From the NCBI RefSeq assembly GCF_030144855.1, contig NC_082715.1, forward strand, positions 145,204,001 to 145,268,000: a DNA stretch of 64,000 nt, in the 5' to 3' direction. The notes below the pieces were generated by a model, which worked only from the letters and a program-made list of their open reading frames with translations, was not told the DNA's origin and ran no database searches. The position numbers were made by a program, and so were the translations under genes. This document shows, piece after piece, positions 59,852-64,000 of the stretch; positions within the stretch are counted from its first letter, which is position 1, and every line of letters starts with the position of its first letter. The DNA comes from Hypanus sabinus (Eukaryota).

Positions 59852-62602
59852 TAGACAATAGACAAGAGGTGCAGAAGTAGACCATTCGGCCCCTCGAGCC
59901 TGCACCACCATTTTGAGATCATGGCTGATCAATTACTACCAATACCCGGTTCCTGCCTTGTCCCCATATCCCTTGATTCCCCTCTCCATAAGATACCTAT
60001 GTAGCTCCTTCTTGAAAGCATCCAGAGAATTGGGCTCCACTGCCTTACGAGGCAGTGCATTCCAGACCCCGACAACTCTCTGGGAGAAGAAGTTTTTCCT
60101 TAACTCTGTCCTAAATGACCTACCTCTTATTCTCAATCCATGCCCTCTGGTACTGGACTCTCCCAGCATCTGGAACATATTTCCTGCCTCTATCTTGTCC
60201 AGTCCGTTAATAATCTTATATGTTTCAATCAGATCCCCTCTCAATCTCCTTAATTCCAGAGTGTACAAGCCCAGTCTCTCTAACCTCTCGGCGTAAGACC
60301 GTCCAGACATCCCAGGAATTAACCTCGTGAATCTACGCTGCACTTCCTCTACAGCCAGGATGTCCTTCCTTAACTGTACACAAAACTGTACACAATACTC
60401 CAGGTGTGGTCTCACCAGGGCTCTGTACAAATGCAAGAGGATTTCTTTGCTCTTGTACTCAATTCCCTTTGTAATAAAGGCCAACATTCCATTAGCCTTC
60501 TTCACTGCCTGCTGCACTTGCTCATTCACCTTCAGTGACTGATGAACAAGGACTCCGAGATCTCTTTGTATTTCTCCTACCCAACCCTACACCGTTCAGA
60601 TAAAAATCTGCCTTCCTGTTCTTAATCCCAAAGTGGATAACCTCACACTTATTCACATTAAACGCCATCTGCCAAATATCTGCCCATTCACCCCGCCTAT
60701 CCAAGTCACCCGGAATTCTCCTAACATCCTCATCACATGTCACACTGCCACCCAGCTTAGTATCATCAGCAAATTTGCTGATGTTATTTTCTATGCCTTC
60801 ATCCAAATCGTTAACGTAAAATGTAAACAGCTGTGGCCCTAATAACTAGCCCTGTGGCACCCCACTAGTCACCAACTACCATTCCGAGTAACACCCATTC
60901 ACCGCTACCCTTTGCTTTCTATCTGCCAACCAGTTTTCTATCCATGTCAATGTCTTCCCCCCCCCAATGCCCTGAGCTTTGATTTTACCCACCAATCTCC
61001 TATGTGGGACCTTATCAAATGCCTTCTGAAAATCGAGGTACACTACATCCACTGGATCTCCCCCATCTAACTTCCTGGTTACATCGTCGAAAAACTCCAA
61101 CAGATTAGTCAAGCATGATTTACCCTTGGTATATCCATGCTAGCTCGGCCCAGTCCTATCACTGTTATCTAGATATGCCACTATTTCATCCTTAATAATG
61201 GACTCTAGCATCTTTCCCACCACCGATCTCAGGCTGACAGGTCGATAGTTCTTAAAAAGTGGGATAACATTAGCCATTCTCCAATCTTCAGGAACTGATC
61301 CTGAATCTAAGGGACATTGGAAAATGATTACCAATGCATCCGCAATTTCCAGGGCCACCTCAGTTAGTACCCTAGGGTGCAGACCATCTGGACCTGGGGA
61401 TTTGTCAGCCTTCAGTCCCATCAGTCTACTCATCACCGTTTCCATCCTAATGTCAATCTGTTTCATTTCCTCTGTTACCTTATGTCCTTGGCCCATCCAT
61501 ACATCTGGGAGATTGCTTGTGTCTTCCTTAATGAAAACAGATCTGAAGTACTCATTAAGTTCTTCTGCCATTTCTCTGTTTCCCATAACAATTTCACCCA
61601 ATTCATTCTTCAAGGGTCCAACATTGTCCTTAACTATCTTCTTTCTCTTCACATACCTAAAAAAGCTTTTGCTACCTTCCTTTATATTCCTGGATAGCTT
61701 GCGTTCGTACCTCATTTTTTCTCCCCGTATTGTCTTTTTAGTTAAGTTCTGTTGTTCCTTAAAAACTTCCCAATCATCTGTCCTCCCACTCACCTTAGCT
61801 CTGTCATATTTCCTTTTTTAATGCTATGCAATCTCTGACTTCCTTTGTCAACCACTGTGGCCCCTTTCCCCCCTTTGAATCCTTCCTTCTCTGGGGGATG
61901 AACTGATTTTGCACCTTGTGCATTACTCCCAAGAATACCTGACATTGCTGTTCCACTTTCTTTTCTGCTAGGCTATCCGTCCAGTCAACTTTGGCCAGCT
62001 CCTCCCTCATTGGCTCCATAGTTTCCACTGTTCATCTGCAACACTGACACCTCCGATCTGCCCTTGTCCTTCTCAAATTGCAGATAAAAACTTATCATAT
62101 TATGATCACTACCTCCTAATGGCTCCTTTACTGCAAGATCGCTTATCAAATCCTGTTCATTACATAACACTAAATCCAGAATAGTCTTGTCCCTGGTCGG
62201 TTCTCATACAAGCTGTTCCAAGAATGCATCCCGTAGGCACTCTACAAACTCCCTATCCTGTGGTCCAGCACCAACCTGGTCCTCGCAGTTCACCTGCATG
62301 TTGAAATTCCCCCATAACTACTGTGACATTACCTTTGCCACATGCCAATGTTAACTCCCTATTCAACTTGCACCCAATATTCATGCTACTGTTTGGTGGC
62401 CTATAGACAACAGCCTTTTGGGACCTTTTGCCCTTACTGTTCCTCAGTTCTATCCACACAGACTCTACTTCTCCTGACCCTATGTCCCCCCTTGCAAAGG
62501 ACTGAATCTCATTCCTCACCAACAGGGCCACCCCACCCCCTCTGACCACCTTTCTGTCCCTACGATAGCACGTATACCCTTGTACATTCCCCTTGTACCC
62601 TT
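59852..62602 (-). mobile_element. Younger 5'-truncated CR1-type LINE nested in an older CR1 remnant
   Basis: (ATAGACA)n tail at the left end; long minus ORFs 59936-60529 and 61140-61793; possible 5-bp duplication GTAAA (59847-59851, 62603-62607); empty site at about 2866-2880. Confidence 0.92.
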
Positions 62603-64000
62603 GTAAACCTCCTCTAAACCCTCGCTACAGCTTCCACGTCCTTCCTATTCCGACCAGAATCAAACACAACAATGTCTGTGTAGTCTAAACAGAATTGTAT
62701 GGAAATACAACAATAGCCTTGAACTCGATCCCTCGACTAATGCAGGCTAAATGCCTTCTAAATAACCTTATTGACGAGCGGCAATTATTGAGAGATCTAT
62801 GCGAGTGGACCCCAGGATCCCTTTGTCCTCTACACTACTAAGAATCTTCTCCTTAACCTTATATTCTGTCTTTGATTTCGCTCTTCCAAAGTCCATTATT
62901 TCACATTCTTCCGCATTGAAAACCATCTGATACATAACAGCCCAGCTACGCATCCCATCAACGATCCCGTTGGAAACTACGACAATCTTATCCACAGCAC
63001 CAACAGACTTGTGTCAACTATCCCATTGCCCTGTACATAGACCATATCTCTCCGTACCACTCCCATCCATATTCTCATAATATTTAATACTTATTTTAAA
63101 AATTGAACTTATACCACATGCTCTACTTCCACTGGCAACTCTTTCCACACTCTCACTACTCTCTGAGATGAAGTTCGTCTTCATGTTCGCCCTAAACATT
63201 TCACCTTTCACCCTCAGACCATGACCTTTAATTCTAGTCTCATCCAACCCTGGTGTAAAAAGCCTGCTTACATTTACACTATCTATTCTCCACATCATTT
63301 TGCATATCTCTATCCAATCTCCCCTCATTCTCCTATGCTCCAAGGGAGAAAGCGCTAACCTCTTCAATCTTTCCACACAAGTTACATCACAAGTTACGTC
63401 GTATACACCGCTCTACTTTTATCAACTTCTTTAGTCACTTTCTCGAAAACGTCAATCAGGTTCGTGAGAAATGAACTGCCACCCAGTTAGCTGTACTCTG
63501 TGTAATCAGACTATTCTTCTCCAAATGCTCAAAAACTCTGCCTTTAAGAATCACTTCCAAAGTTTGTCCACCACTGACATGTAGCTCTGGTCTATAATTC
63601 CCAGGATTATCCCTGTCTCTCGGTTTCTTTTTGCACTACCTTACTTTCCCTTCTCTATTTTATAATTTTGATTGATAATTTAATTTTTTTTATTATATTT
63701 ACTTCGATTTGTACTCCAGAGAGCGCGAAGTGCAGAGTCAAGTATCATTGTGATGATTGTATGCTCTAGTATCAATTGTTTGCTGACAACAAAGTAGAGT
63801 AAGAAAATAAGTAAGTACGTAATCCCTTTCTTCAACAAAATAATAACATTTGAGACCCTCCAGTCTTCTGCTACTCCTCCTGTGTCCAATGAGGGCGCAA
63901 AGATTATCACCAAGAGGGAACATTCTCTGCCTTCGCTTCCCGTAGTAACCATGGTATACACCATTCGGCCTAGGGGCCTTTTGTCTTTTTTCAAAAGTTC
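62603..64000 (-). mobile_element. Older CR1-type remnants (paralog of 23365-24761)
   Basis: ORF fragments 62768-62995 and 63014-63376 match 23530-23757 and 23776-24138. Confidence 0.7.

Larger units (their letters stand above)
37375..64000 (+). repeat. Second copy of the ~37 kb higher-order segmental repeat
   Basis: Colinear with 1-24761, with several kb-scale indels. Confidence 0.97.

Noticed and set aside
59936-61821. Longest ORFs in the window (197, 217 and 165 aa) as host genes
   Set aside because: The minus-strand ORFs are CR1 ORF2 fragments and the plus-strand ones are their antisense shadows.
1-64000. CRISPR arrays, rRNA, tRNA, operons or prokaryotic defence systems
   Set aside because: None seen; the window is vertebrate genomic DNA with spliceosomal introns and retroelements.

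Overview
This is eukaryotic DNA, not prokaryotic: an immunoglobulin light-chain locus of a cartilaginous fish (lambda / type II isotype; the repeat content suggests a ray, which is my inference). It is a head-to-tail array of small Leader-[germline-joined VJ]-C clusters on the + strand. C exons start at 642, 19919, 38016 and 57022, about 18-19 kb apart. The array has two tiers: an intact-type cluster alternates with a pseudogene-type cluster, and the pair is duplicated as a ~37 kb unit (1-24761 matches 37375-64000). One complete, apparently functional gene is present: leader 34170-34218, fused VJ 34306-34659, C 38016-38338, predicting a 241-aa precursor with no RSS. The window also holds two crippled VJ genes (15633-16116, 52725-53208), one C exon with two stops, one open but structurally damaged C exon, and one intact C exon whose VJ lies upstream of the window. 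Most of the spacer DNA is decayed CR1, Rex1-like, L1, Tc1-like and Penelope-like elements, so most entries in the ORF track are spurious or transposon fragments. The best leads from comparing paralogs: two invariant ~60-bp footprints in the J-C intron (candidate enhancer), a 1033-bp zero-mismatch tract over the two intact C exons, a kB/E-box cluster 3' of C, and a 131-bp insertion carrying a hammerhead-ribozyme-like fold. All alignments were done by eye, so percent identities are rough.
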